Source: Chlamydiia bacterium (GTDB taxonomy: Bacteria; Chlamydiota; Chlamydiia; Chlamydiales; JAAKFQ01). From it: a stretch of 64,000 nt of DNA. Below are positions 54,777 to 64,000 of the stretch, in pieces. Both the position numbers and the translations under genes were made by a program. The notes beneath the pieces were generated by a model. It searched no databases. It was not told the DNA's origin and worked only from the letters and a program-made list of their open reading frames with translations. The first letter of the stretch is position 1, and every line of letters starts with the position of its first letter. The stretch is from positions 13,446 through 77,445 of the forward strand of contig JBDNIV010000017.1 of NCBI GenBank assembly GCA_041688145.1. The letters run 5' to 3'.

Positions 54777-56516
54777 ATGTCTAAATTTTTAAATCACTCT
54801 TTGACAGTAAGTGTGCTTTTTTTGGCCCTAGTGGGCTGTGGGCCTAAACCTGTCTCCATGGATATGACAAAGCTCCCTGACCGCCCTAGAGGCCCTTCAA
54901 ATCAAAGCTCTGATATAGCTAGCATGCATATCCGCCAGGCAACTAACCGCGGCGACATTACAAAAGCAATCCATCTATACCAAAATCGCTTCGAGCAAAA
55001 ACAGATTCATGATTTTCCACTTTTAAGATCGCTTGCTACAAAAGTGATGTTAAACGGCCTTGCTTCCACTAACCCTCAAATGCAGCTTATGAGCGTTTTT
55101 GCTAGTGCCTTTGCAAAAAATGTACACTTGATACCTTTTTTACATTCTGCTCTTAGTTCTCAAGCGCCTATGGTACAGCTCGCAGCTATTCACGCTTTAG
55201 ATGCTTTAGAAGATACCCGCGCAACGCAAGCTCTATTTGATGCTATGCGCTCAAACTACCCTCTTGTGCGGTTTGAAGCTATTAGCAGACTTTCAGCAAA
55301 AAGACATCCTGAAGCCTTCGAGCAGGCCGAAAGCTTAATGTATAAACTGCCCGATGAACTCCAGCCATTTTTTTCTGACCTCTTTGCTATTATTGGAAAC
55401 AAAGTAGCCCAAAGTGCATTGAAAAAGCAGATGCTTAGTCCCTCTTATATTCTAAGAGCCCGTGCTATTAACGCTGCAGCAAGACATAAACTTAGCTCTT
55501 GCCTTCCTGACATTCAAAAAGCGCTCTCTCACTCGCACCTTCTTGAACTAGAGTCTGCCGCCCATGCTGTAGGTGTTTTTGGGGATGAGAGCGCTTTAAA
55601 GCGGCTTTGTGAGCTAAGCGAGCGCCCTGAAAGTGCCCTTTCTATGGCAGCTCTTATTTCAAGGCACCGCTTAGGTGACTTAAAAGCTAGAGCTCTTATT
55701 ACAGAGCGAGCAGAAAAAGGAGATCTTTTTGCCCTAAGCATTCTCAGTGAAATGCCCAAAAGCGCCTCTCTTTTAGAAAAACTACTTAAAAACCCAAGTG
55801 CTGATGTTAGGCTGGGAAGTATGCTCTCTTTGCTTAAGCTTGGGCACGCTCAAGCTTTAGATACAGCTCTTGAGTTTCTTCTTGCTCCAGACCTTGGCTT
55901 TTCCTTAGAAGTTTCAGCATCTGGAGCCTTAGAGGCTTTTTGCGTGCGCCAGCTCCATTCTGAAACTTTAAAAAAGCGCCCTGATATTTTAAGCTCATCA
56001 AAAAGACTTGCCCACGAGATTATATTCAGCGCAGCTTCTTTAGGGACAAAAGCCTTTATCCCCTTTGCCAAAAAGCTCCTTTTTTCTCATGCTACAGACC
56101 TTGTGCCTCTAATAACGCAAGCACTTACTTTAGTTGACAACGATGCAGCTACTCAGCTTTTGCAAGAGTGCAAAGATGCTCCTGGCATGCCTTTTTTAAG
56201 AGTGGAAGCAAATCTCACTCTGTTTTACCTCACAAAAGAAGAGTGCTACTTTAATGATATCAAAGCATGGGCCCTCAAAGAGCTGAGCGATAATACTATT
56301 AAGCTTGAGCCTGTAGAGCCAACTCTTACGCAGCGTGGGGAAGTAGCTTTTGAACTAAAAGCAGAAGAAAAAACAGAACTTTTCTTAAAAGCTCTTTTAG
56401 TTGTAGCCCAATGTGAAAGTGACAAGAGTATCCAGCTCTTTTTACAGGCCATGGAAAAAGCGCCTCCCTCTCTACAATGTGCGCTTGCAAGCCTTCTTAT
56501 ACAGGCCTTGCAGTAA
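54777..56516 (+). CDS. HEAT/ARM-like repeat lipoprotein
   Basis: Lipobox LVGC at residues 18-21. The rest is repeated helical units containing A.AL..LGD/E-type HEAT signatures. Confidence 0.65.
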   Translation: MSKFLNHSLTVSVLFLALVGCGPKPVSMDMTKLPDRPRGPSNQSSDIASMHIRQATNRGDITKAIHLYQNRFEQKQIHDFPLLRSLATKVMLNGLASTNPQMQLMSVFASAFAKNVHLIPFLHSALSSQAPMVQLAAIHALDALEDTRATQALFDAMRSNYPLVRFEAISRLSAKRHPEAFEQAESLMYKLPDELQPFFSDLFAIIGNKVAQSALKKQMLSPSYILRARAINAAARHKLSSCLPDIQKALSHSHLLELESAAHAVGVFGDESALKRLCELSERPESALSMAALISRHRLGDLKARALITERAEKGDLFALSILSEMPKSASLLEKLLKNPSADVRLGSMLSLLKLGHAQALDTALEFLLAPDLGFSLEVSASGALEAFCVRQLHSETLKKRPDILSSSKRLAHEIIFSAASLGTKAFIPFAKKLLFSHATDLVPLITQALTLVDNDAATQLLQECKDAPGMPFLRVEANLTLFYLTKEECYFNDIKAWALKELSDNTIKLEPVEPTLTQRGEVAFELKAEEKTELFLKALLVVAQCESDKSIQLFLQAMEKAPPSLQCALASLLIQALQ

Positions 56517-58608
56517 TGAAATCTCTTAGAATACTTGCTCTTTTAGCCCCTCTCATCGCTTTTACCACTCCCCCTACTCGCCTGGATTTTAAAGATGCCC
56601 ATATTACAGAAGATTACATTGAAACGAATGAAGGAGGCCTTTTAGAAAACCTCGATTTTTGGGTACAGGGAAAATATATCCGCTACTTTAGAAGTGCTGG
56701 CAAAAGCCTTGTTCATGCCGCGGGTCAATTGCGCATTGAGTACCAAGGCATGCTTTTTATTGGAGATAGAATAGAATATGATCTAAAAAGCCGCTCAGGT
56801 GTCTTATACGAAGGAAAGACACAAAGTGGCTCTTTTTATATTTCAGGCAAAAAGATTATTTTCAGCCAAATGGACAGTGCCGGATTGAAGGTGCAGTGCT
56901 CACCACCTGTGAAAATAAAGACCCTTCTTGGCACTTAAAAGCAAAAAGCATGACGATTGCTCCAGATAATCTTATGCGCGCCAAAGACCTTACCTTTAAA
57001 ATTGTTAAAATGCCTGTCATGTGGCTACCCCGCATGCGGGCTAATCTCGATACGCTTCCTAAAAGCCCCTTTGATTTTCAAGCTGCCTGGAAAAGTGAAG
57101 CTGGACCGAGGCTCACATTAAAATACCAAATCTACTCTTGGAAACATGCACGTATTGACACACGTTTTGACTACCGCTTTAAAAGAGGGCCTGGATTTGG
57201 ACTTGAGAGCTTCTATGACAAAGAAGAGACACTTGTTAAAACCAGAAGTTACATCACCCGTGATCGTACCATCTTAAACCGTAAAAACAAGGCCCGTTAC
57301 CGCGTAGAAGGCCTCATGAAACACCCTTCAAAAGACGACAAAGTCTTTATCTCTTTATCTTATGATAAGCTCAGCGATCCTCAGATGGCCTACGACTATC
57401 CCCGAGACACCTTTGCTTTGCCCTTGCCTAAGCCTACGCGCCTTTTCGTATCTGCAAGAGGAGCAGGCCCCCTTTTTTTTAGTATTGAAGATCACGTGAA
57501 AATTAACTTCTTTGAAACGATGAAAGAGTCACTTCCAACGGTCCGCTTTATGGCAGCGCCGATGATGCTTTCGCGCTTTGGTATTATGACAACACTTCCT
57601 CTAGAACTCTCTTACCTAGATTACCGCTTTGCTAGACAATGGCACTCTGAGCTAAATGACTTTGGCTCTATGCGCTTTTTAGCCAGGCCAAAGCTCATTT
57701 GCACACTGCCAACACTCCCATTAAAAAGCAGCTTTGCCTTAGAGCCTATTTACCTTTTTTACGGAAGCACTGTTGCTGGACGCAGCCAATCTTTTTACCT
57801 TTTGCGCTCAAGCGCTAACGTGAGCTTTCCTCTCCTAAAAGCAATCCGCAAGCACAGCCACCTTATCGCTCCTTTTGCCTCAGTTGAGCACTACACAAAA
57901 CCGAGTCACTCTCTTGATGAACACCTAATATTTGATACTGAAGATGCTTACTTAAAGCTCACAAAAGCAAAAATAGGTCTTTCAAATCGTTTTGTAAATA
58001 TCGGCAAACCTGGCGTCCGCATGCTAAGCCTTGATCTTTATCTCTTAGGCTTATGGCATACACAAACATGGCAAAACACCTGGCCTAAAATCGCCTTGGA
58101 TCTCGACTGGCAAAAGCCTTACTTGAATGCCCATTCCCACGCTCTTTGGAACCGAGAAAAAAAAGAAATTGAAGCTTTTAATATTGGCTGTGAATGGACC
58201 TTTTCTCAGGATGTAGCGCTGAGCACTGAATTTCGACACCGCTCAAAATACTCTTTTAGAAAAGCAGATGCAAGCCGCTTTTTTGTTGAAGCATATAAAA
58301 CCCTTGATGAGCTTCTAGCTTCACCTTTAAGTGATGCGAGAAATACAGTCCTTTTTGATCTTTCCTGCAGGCTTTCACCTACATGGCGCCTCCATCTAGA
58401 GTCGCGCCACGGCTGGCACAGAACAGGAGAAAAGTCTTTTAATGACTTCCGTATTGAAGTAGGGAAGCTCTTATCCTGCAACCTCAATATCGCGGTCTAC
58501 GTTCAGCGTACAGAAGCCAACACCTTTAAAGGGGGCCTGAAGCTCTCTGTAAACAAAAAGCCTCACCAGCCCCGATTAAAGGTAAAGAGCCTAAGGCCTA
58601 AGTGGTAA
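56516..58608 (+). pseudogene. lptD: LPS-assembly protein LptD (OstA family) split into two ORFs (56516..56938 and 56896..58608) by a -1 frame change
   Basis: The N-terminal ORF has a signal peptide and an OstA-like domain. The second ORF begins inside the conserved ...AVLTTCENKDPSWHLKA... block and continues as a beta-barrel. One added A at the A3 run (56868-56870) or the A5 run (56849-56853) restores a single protein of about 697 aa. Confidence 0.7.
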
Positions 58609-58617
58609 ATACTTAGC

Positions 58618-59175
58618 CTAATTCTGCCCCAGCTTGTTTCCTTGTAAGGATGTATTCATATGCAACATCCCTAAAGCTACAAGCTGAAAAGCAGCAATAG
58701 ATAAGCCCTTCTCACCCATGACTGTCACCCAGCTTTTAGAACGCAATAGAGCAACCCCCATAGAGCCTACTCCAGCAGCAAGTGTTAAATAAGCTGCGCC
58801 TTCAAGACCTCTTTTCAAGTACTTACGTGTGTCATCAGATAGTAAAGGTGCTTTAGCAGATGATTCTACAGCAGTACCTTGAAGCTTCTGTGTAATATCT
58901 GTACATTTTGCAGATATCCACGCACTACCCGGAACATTCTCCCACATGCGCTGCATATTAGCTTTTGAAAGAGGACGATTATCTAGACTAGGAAAAAGAA
59001 TAAGGCTCGCAAGCCCTGTAGCTAGAACAGCCTCTATTGGGTGTGATCCTGTTAATGCAACAGGTAAAAGGCGCGTGCCTAAACGAAGCGCACCAGCAGT
59101 CGCAGCTACTGCAACTGTTTGGCCTATGTGCTTCCATTCAAGACCTGGGATACAAAAATTAACTGCTGCTGACAT
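58618..59175 (-). CDS. Hypothetical membrane protein
   Basis: Several A/G/L-rich hydrophobic segments. No recognised motif. Confidence 0.5.
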   Translation of the reverse strand: MSAAVNFCIPGLEWKHIGQTVAVAATAGALRLGTRLLPVALTGSHPIEAVLATGLASLILFPSLDNRPLSKANMQRMWENVPGSAWISAKCTDITQKLQGTAVESSAKAPLLSDDTRKYLKRGLEGAAYLTLAAGVGSMGVALLRSKSWVTVMGEKGLSIAAFQLVALGMLHMNTSLQGNKLGQN

Positions 59176-59231
59176 AAAAAACCTCTTTAGTAAATATTTT
59201 CACCCATTTTACTAAAATAGATTAAAAAAAA

Positions 59232-59786
59232 CTACTTAGATTGTTTTTTATATTCTTTTTTAAGCCTTTTTAAATCAGGCTCAAATATTTTTTTGTCAGC
59301 ATGAGTCATGCGGTCGATGTTGAGCACCCCATTGAGGTGGTCATTTTCATGCATAAGGATACGCGCATTAAAGCCTTCTATCCTCTCTTCAAAGGTATTA
59401 CCCTCTAGATCCATAGCTTTAATGGTTATGGCATAGGGGCGCTCTACAGTCGCCATAAAGTCTGGAATAGAGAGGCAACCCTCACTTAAGATTTCTGTAT
59501 CTTCGGAAGGACTAGAAAGCTCGGGATTAATGAAGATACGAGGCTCTTCCATCTGAACTGTGCCCTCTTCATCACGTAAAAATTCACCTTGCTTATCACA
59601 TTTGACAAAGACTGCCGCAAACATCCGAACTGCCTCAAAAATCTGAGGGGCAGCTAAGCCTGCATTACCTTTAGCCATACGGATAAGATCGGCTGCAAGC
59701 TCTTTGATTTCTGGGGTGATTTTTTCTACTTTAGCACATCTTTCGCGTAAGACACGCTCCCCATAAAGGGCGATTTCTCGCTTCAT
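59232..59786 (-). CDS. def: Peptide deformylase
   Basis: GLAAPQI, EGCLS and HENDHLNG motifs. Confidence 0.93.
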   Translation of the reverse strand: MKREIALYGERVLRERCAKVEKITPEIKELAADLIRMAKGNAGLAAPQIFEAVRMFAAVFVKCDKQGEFLRDEEGTVQMEEPRIFINPELSSPSEDTEILSEGCLSIPDFMATVERPYAITIKAMDLEGNTFEERIEGFNARILMHENDHLNGVLNIDRMTHADKKIFEPDLKRLKKEYKKQSK

Positions 59787-60076
59787 TGCACCTCTTGCAC
59801 AGCTTCTGTTTTAGGCTTAGGCGTAGACTTTTTAGCGATAGAAGTCGTCCAAAAAGAAAGCACAATGCATAGAATCATAAAGATCGCAAACATCCAGGCA
59901 GTAACTTTTTTGAGAACTTCAGCTGTGGAGACTCCAAAAAGAGAGTCTTGCGTATCGCCTCCAAAAGCAGAGCCGAGTCCGAGACTTTTACCCTCTTGCA
60001 TCATAATAATGCCGCACAAAAGCAGGCTTAAAAAAAGAAAAAGGCTAATAACAGTGTAATAAAGAATCATGAACAT
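59783..60076 (-). CDS. secG: Preprotein translocase subunit SecG
   Basis: Two TM helices flanking a G-rich loop (GKSLGLGSAFGG). Located between tpiA and def with 4- and 10-nt overlaps. Confidence 0.8.
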   Translation of the reverse strand: MFMILYYTVISLFLFLSLLLCGIIMMQEGKSLGLGSAFGGDTQDSLFGVSTAEVLKKVTAWMFAIFMILCIVLSFWTTSIAKKSTPKPKTEAVQEVQ

Positions 60077-60810
60077 ACTCCTTCGGTCAGTTGAATAAAG
60101 CTGTCAGCGTCTAGTGAAGCGCCGCCGACTAAAGCTCCATGAATGTTAGGTTGAGCTGTTAGCTCAGAAATATTACTTGGCTTAACAGAGCCTCCGTAAA
60201 GAATAGGCCTTGGAGTTTTTAAAAGGCTAGCTATATGCGCGTGAACTTTTTCTGCGTCTTCAGCAGTAGCCGTTTTCCCTGTACCAATCGCCCATACAGG
60301 CTCATAAGCAATCAAAAACTCTTTATCTTCAATACCAGAGGTAGCTATTTTGAGCTGGCGCTCTACGACTTCTAAAGCCTTGCCTGACTCGCGCTCTTCT
60401 AATGTCTCTCCAATGCAAATTACAGGCAGAAGCCCTGCTTGAATAGCAGCAAATGCTTTTTTAGCAACTATATCATCTGTCTCATGAAAAAGAGTCCTTC
60501 TTTCTGAGTGGCCAACAAGCACAAAGCTTGCGCACTCTTTGACTATAGTAGGAGAAAGCTCACCAGTAAATGCACCCTTAGACTCAAAATGCATATTTTG
60601 AGCTCCGAGCTGCACGGGCAGTTTTTTGCCATGAAAAGCGCCTAGAACGCACGCAGATGGAGCAATACCTACCTCTATTTTATCAGACAATTTCCCAGAA
60701 ACTTTTTCAAAAAAGCGGCTTGCTTCTTCAATAGTGTGGTACATCTTCCAATTTCCAATGACCCACGATTTAACCGATCCCATACTTTTCGCCATATTTT
60801 TTTTGACCAT
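60067..60810 (-). CDS. tpiA: Triosephosphate isomerase
   Basis: IGNWKMY, GHSERR, AYEPVWAIGTG and YGGSV. The start may be an internal Met (60795 or 60783). Confidence 0.93.
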   Translation of the reverse strand: MVKKNMAKSMGSVKSWVIGNWKMYHTIEEASRFFEKVSGKLSDKIEVGIAPSACVLGAFHGKKLPVQLGAQNMHFESKGAFTGELSPTIVKECASFVLVGHSERRTLFHETDDIVAKKAFAAIQAGLLPVICIGETLEERESGKALEVVERQLKIATSGIEDKEFLIAYEPVWAIGTGKTATAEDAEKVHAHIASLLKTPRPILYGGSVKPSNISELTAQPNIHGALVGGASLDADSFIQLTEGVCS

Positions 60811-60893
60811 GAATTAACAGGAGTATACCATTTTGTATGTAGGGCTTCAAGGCCTCTTATTTGAAATAAATAATTCTAATCCTCTTTGCTTCT

Positions 60894-62432
60894 ATGGATA
60901 AAGCTTACAGCGCCTCAGATTCTTCCTTAGAAACGGTCGATTCTTTAGATGATAGCATCCTCTCTGTCTCAGCTCTTACCTTTCAAATAAAAAGTAAGCT
61001 TAGAGCTGCCTTTTCTCCCACATATGTCCAAGGTGAGATTAGTAACCTTAAAAAGCAGTCTTCTGGCCACTGGTACTTCTCTCTGAAAGATACAAGTGCT
61101 CAGCTATCATGTGCTTTATTTAAAGGCTCAGCCTCTAAACTCTCTTTTATCCCCAAAGAGGGTGATGAAGTTGTTGTTATGGGCAATATTGATGTTTATG
61201 CCCCTAGAGGCCAATACCAACTCATTGCCTCTTCTATGAGGATTGCAGGCTTAGGTGCTCTATTGCAAAAACTCCAAAAGCTAAAAGAAGAGCTAAAAGC
61301 GCTTGGATATTTTGACTCCTCTCATAAAAAGCCCCTGCCCTCTTTTCCTCAAAAAATAGCTGTGATTACAAGTCCTACCGGCTCTGTTATACGCGATATC
61401 ATCCATGTGCTAAAAAGAAGAGCGCTCGGCTTTCACTTGATCGTCTCCCCTGTCTCAGTACAAGGTGAGCTGTGCCCGAGTGAAGTCTGCTTCGCTATTG
61501 AAGAGATTAATCGACATAAGCTTGCTGATGTCATCATAGTTGCGCGCGGTGGCGGCTCTATTGAAGACTTATCGGGGTTTAACTCTAAAGTAGTTGCTGA
61601 AGCAATATTTAAGAGCCATATTCCTATTATATCCGCAATTGGTCATGAAACCGACACAACCATTGCAGACTGCGTAGCAGATAAAAGAGCGCCCACACCC
61701 TCAGCTGCTGCTGAAATTGTTTTAGAAGAAAGTACCAAACATCTAAAATTTTTAGAAAAAGCGCACTCTGAGCTTATGCGCTCTTTTAATCACAAGCTTT
61801 TGCACACACAAACTCTTTTTTCCCGCTACACACGCCACCCTCTTTTGAATACAAGTGATCTTCTACTTGCTCCTTTTTTTCAAAAAACTGATCAAAAACG
61901 CCTAGATTTGAGCTTAGCAGCCCGAAGCTATACTGAAAAAAAAATGCATGCTTTACAAATGCACAAAGAGCGCCTAAAAGCACTTAGACCTAAAGCTCAA
62001 GTGCGCACTATTAGCGAGCGTCTTAGTCGTATGGGCCTCTCTATTCGAAAAAAGCCTCCTATGCTCACGCAAAAAGCGCACACTGATCTTAAGAAAATTC
62101 TTGAGCAATTACTACTTGCTGGCCATGAGCGTAAAAGCCGCTTGCGCCTTCAAACTCGCTCATTAGAAGAGCAGCAAAAAAATTTGCACCGCCTTTTTAC
62201 CCAAAAGCTAGAAAAGCGACGCCTAAAATTAAAAGCCCTATGTGATCATTTAGAAGCCGTAGATCCTAGATCGGTTCTTAAAAAGGGGTATGCTCTAATC
62301 TTTTCACAAAAAGAGGGTTCTATTATCCTCTCGAAAGAGGCGCTCGTAAAAGAAGGAGCTGTTACTATCCGCATGCATGATGGTGAAGCTTTTGCACAAA
62401 TCCTCGATAATCAACCTAAAAGCCGCACCTGA
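60894..62432 (+). CDS. xseA: Exodeoxyribonuclease VII large subunit
   Basis: OB-fold N-terminus (VQGEISNLKKQSSGHWYFSLKD), GSVIRDI, ARGGGSIEDL and a long helical C-terminus. Confidence 0.9.
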   Translation: MDKAYSASDSSLETVDSLDDSILSVSALTFQIKSKLRAAFSPTYVQGEISNLKKQSSGHWYFSLKDTSAQLSCALFKGSASKLSFIPKEGDEVVVMGNIDVYAPRGQYQLIASSMRIAGLGALLQKLQKLKEELKALGYFDSSHKKPLPSFPQKIAVITSPTGSVIRDIIHVLKRRALGFHLIVSPVSVQGELCPSEVCFAIEEINRHKLADVIIVARGGGSIEDLSGFNSKVVAEAIFKSHIPIISAIGHETDTTIADCVADKRAPTPSAAAEIVLEESTKHLKFLEKAHSELMRSFNHKLLHTQTLFSRYTRHPLLNTSDLLLAPFFQKTDQKRLDLSLAARSYTEKKMHALQMHKERLKALRPKAQVRTISERLSRMGLSIRKKPPMLTQKAHTDLKKILEQLLLAGHERKSRLRLQTRSLEEQQKNLHRLFTQKLEKRRLKLKALCDHLEAVDPRSVLKKGYALIFSQKEGSIILSKEALVKEGAVTIRMHDGEAFAQILDNQPKSRT

Positions 62433-62447
62433 AAGGAAATATGATCT

Positions 62448-62696
62448 ATGAATAAGAAAGCGCTTAAATTTGACGAGGCCTTTGAAAGGCTTGAAGCAAT
62501 ACTCGAAAAAATGAACCACTCCGGTGTAGAGCTTGAAGAAGCGATTCATCTGTATGAAGAAGCTGATACTCTAATTGGCACCTGCTCAGAAAAACTAAAA
62601 TCAGCTGAACAAAAGATAGATCAGCTTGTTAAAAAACGTGAAGGTGACTTGGATAAAGCACCTCAAATGGTCCCCTTTGAGACTGAAGAACTATAA
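62448..62696 (+). CDS. xseB: Exodeoxyribonuclease VII small subunit
   Basis: FDEAFERLEAILEKM...LEEAIHLYEEA is typical XseB. It lies immediately downstream of xseA. Confidence 0.85.
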   Translation: MNKKALKFDEAFERLEAILEKMNHSGVELEEAIHLYEEADTLIGTCSEKLKSAEQKIDQLVKKREGDLDKAPQMVPFETEEL

Positions 62697-62699
62697 TCT

Positions 62700-63524
62700 A
62701 TGAAATTTATACTCTTTTCCAACTCACAAAAGCCCGATGCCTTAAAAATCTCTGAAGAGATCAAATACTTCTTAGAAGGCAAGGGCCATTCAGTAATCAC
62801 CGAAGACCGTAACCACCCTCTGCATGACTCTCCAGGTGATATTGATTTTTGCCTTTCCGTGGGAGGGGATGGCACTATTTTAGAGTTCTTCCATAGATAC
62901 CCTGCTATTGAAGCGCCTCTTTTAGGTATTAACAGAGGCAACCTCGGCTTTATGGCTGATATTCCCCTTGATGACCTCTACCCCAGCTTAGAAGCTCTTT
63001 TAAAAGGCGCCTATACTATTGATGACCATCTAATGCTAGAATACAACTCTCGCAATGGAGACTCGCCCTATGCCGTTAATGACATTGTGATTCATAGAGG
63101 ATCTTGTACAAACCTTATCGAACTCAAAATCCACGTTGATGGGAAGTACTTTAACACCTTCCGAGCTGATGGTGTTATCTTGTCTACGCCGACTGGCTCA
63201 ACTGCTTACTCTTTAGCTGCTGGAGGACCACTGCTAAGCCAAGGCTTAAAAGCTATGGTACTCACCCCTATATCTCCTCACACTATCTCTAACCGCCCGA
63301 TTGTCTTCTTACCTAAAAATGAGTTGCACATCGAATATATCTCTTCATTCGAAGGTGTTGAAGTAAGCAAAGACGGCATGAAACAGTTCGCGCTAAAGCC
63401 TAAGGAGTCGCTGACTATAAAGCCATCCCAAAGAACATTCAAAATAGTGAATCTAGAAAGGCGCGATGAGTACCTAACACTACGCACTAAGCTCGGCTGG
63501 TCAGGAACGCTTTCTAAGACCTAG
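62700..63524 (+). CDS. nadK: NAD kinase
   Basis: GGDGT motif (SVGGDGTILEF), NRGNLGFM and DGVILSTPTGSTAYSLAAGGP. Confidence 0.9.
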   Translation: MKFILFSNSQKPDALKISEEIKYFLEGKGHSVITEDRNHPLHDSPGDIDFCLSVGGDGTILEFFHRYPAIEAPLLGINRGNLGFMADIPLDDLYPSLEALLKGAYTIDDHLMLEYNSRNGDSPYAVNDIVIHRGSCTNLIELKIHVDGKYFNTFRADGVILSTPTGSTAYSLAAGGPLLSQGLKAMVLTPISPHTISNRPIVFLPKNELHIEYISSFEGVEVSKDGMKQFALKPKESLTIKPSQRTFKIVNLERRDEYLTLRTKLGWSGTLSKT

Positions 63525-64000
63525 CTGAAAGATAAAGAACTGTTCATTAGTTCCTCGCTAAGTTCTCCCTTTTTGCCTTCATAAACAGCTAATCTTGCAG
63601 CTTGCGCCTGAACTTCAGCTTCTGTAACAGCTCCTTCTGGAAGCGCATTTCTTGCTGCTATCACTTCCTTAAGAGCTTGCTCTGCTGCTGCTATTTCTGC
63701 CACTACATCTGTGAGTAACGGGCTATCTTCTTCGGCTTCTTGTATCCTGGCATCTAATGGCGTATCTAACTGCTGCCATGCATTGACTAAGCTCCTATAC
63801 GCTATCTCTCGTAGCGTGCCCTCAAGCTCTATCTTCTTCTCTGCATAAACAGCTAATCTTGCCTCTAGCCCTTCAGCTTCTATAACAGCTCCTTCTGGAA
63901 GCGCATTTCTTGCTTCTATCACTTCCTCAAGAGCTTGCTTTGCTCCTGCTATTTCTGCCACTAGATCTGTGAGTAACTGGCGATCTTCTTGTCCTAAGGC
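63521..64000 (-). CDS. Repeat-containing hypothetical protein, 3' part only (the ORF is open to the window edge)
   Basis: The frame stays open from 63961 to 64000 (ALGQEDRQLLTDL-VAEIAGAK...), so the track Met is really an internal GTG. It contains 86-aa tandem repeats. Confidence 0.6.
   Translation of the reverse strand, partial: ALGQEDRQLLTDLVAEIAGAKQALEEVIEARNALPEGAVIEAEGLEARLAVYAEKKIELEGTLREIAYRSLVNAWQQLDTPLDARIQEAEEDSPLLTDVVAEIAAAEQALKEVIAARNALPEGAVTEAEVQAQAARLAVYEGKKGELSEELMNSSLSFS
63521..64000 (-). repeat. Intragenic tandem repeat, period 258 nt (86 aa), about 1.9 copies visible
   Basis: LLTD(V/L)VAEIA(A/G)A(E/K)QAL(K/E)EVI(A/E)ARNALPEGAV(T/I)EAE...ARLAVY(E/A)(G/E)KK recurs with an offset of 258 nt (63703 versus 63961). 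The DNA copies are highly similar by eye. Confidence 0.75.

Noticed and set aside
1-64000. CRISPR arrays, transposases/IS elements, prophage genes, toxin-antitoxin pairs, and restriction-modification or other recognisable defence systems
   Set aside because: No regularly spaced direct repeats and no ORF with transposase, integrase, Cas, nuclease-ATPase or defence-type motifs were seen on either strand. The only tandem repeat is intragenic (63521-64000).

Overview
This 64 kb window is an AT-rich (about 40% GC by eye), almost fully coding bacterial chromosome segment. I read it as phylum Chlamydiota, probably an environmental chlamydia-like lineage. The evidence is micro-synteny known from Chlamydia (waaA/gseA-leuS, yidC-dnaA, a rodZ-like gene divergent from rnhC, tpiA divergent from xseA-xseB), a fused aroDE, a DhnA/FbaB-type class I aldolase, a PP2C phosphatase, and several membrane proteins with bilobed hydrophobic domains (Inc-like). 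No tools were used, so every product call rests on motifs I recognise in the supplied translations and on reading the DNA. Most of the window is housekeeping:
- E2 acyltransferase (3' end only)
- two tandem tRNAs with anticodon CAU (one initiator-type)
- waaA, leuS, smpB, pip
- a five-gene translationally coupled shikimate operon (aroB-aroDE-aroA-aroK-aroC)
- DMT, APC and SNF transporters, a NUDIX hydrolase
- lgt, rlmH, mgtE, yidC, dnaA
- LMW-PTP, DUF368, a rodZ-like gene, rnhC
- hemW, fbaB, ubiE, lptD, def, secG, tpiA, xseAB, nadK
I found no CRISPR array, transposase, integrase, prophage or rRNA. I cannot point to one clearly novel multi-gene system. The best candidates for a second look are:
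1. An overlapping gene pair: a NAPE-PLD-like metallo-beta-lactamase hydrolase and a SAM methyltransferase whose motif order and spacing resemble eukaryotic DOT1.
2. A tandem pair of small paralogous ORFs whose duplicated upstream regions each keep a GTCT(A/C)TATAGAC palindrome.
3. An orphan GC-rich bidirectional intrinsic terminator in a 365 bp divergent intergenic region (candidate sRNA).
4. Two essential-looking genes, a membrane-anchored PP2C and lptD, each split by a single-nucleotide frame change at a homopolymer.
5. A 5'-truncated eukaryote-type sulfotransferase remnant.
6. An unlisted 59-codon ORF encoding one TM helix plus CxxC...CxxC, between a DUF3604-like gene and ubiE.
7. Tandem Inc-like paralogs next to dnaA.
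8. A 258 bp intragenic tandem repeat running off the window end.
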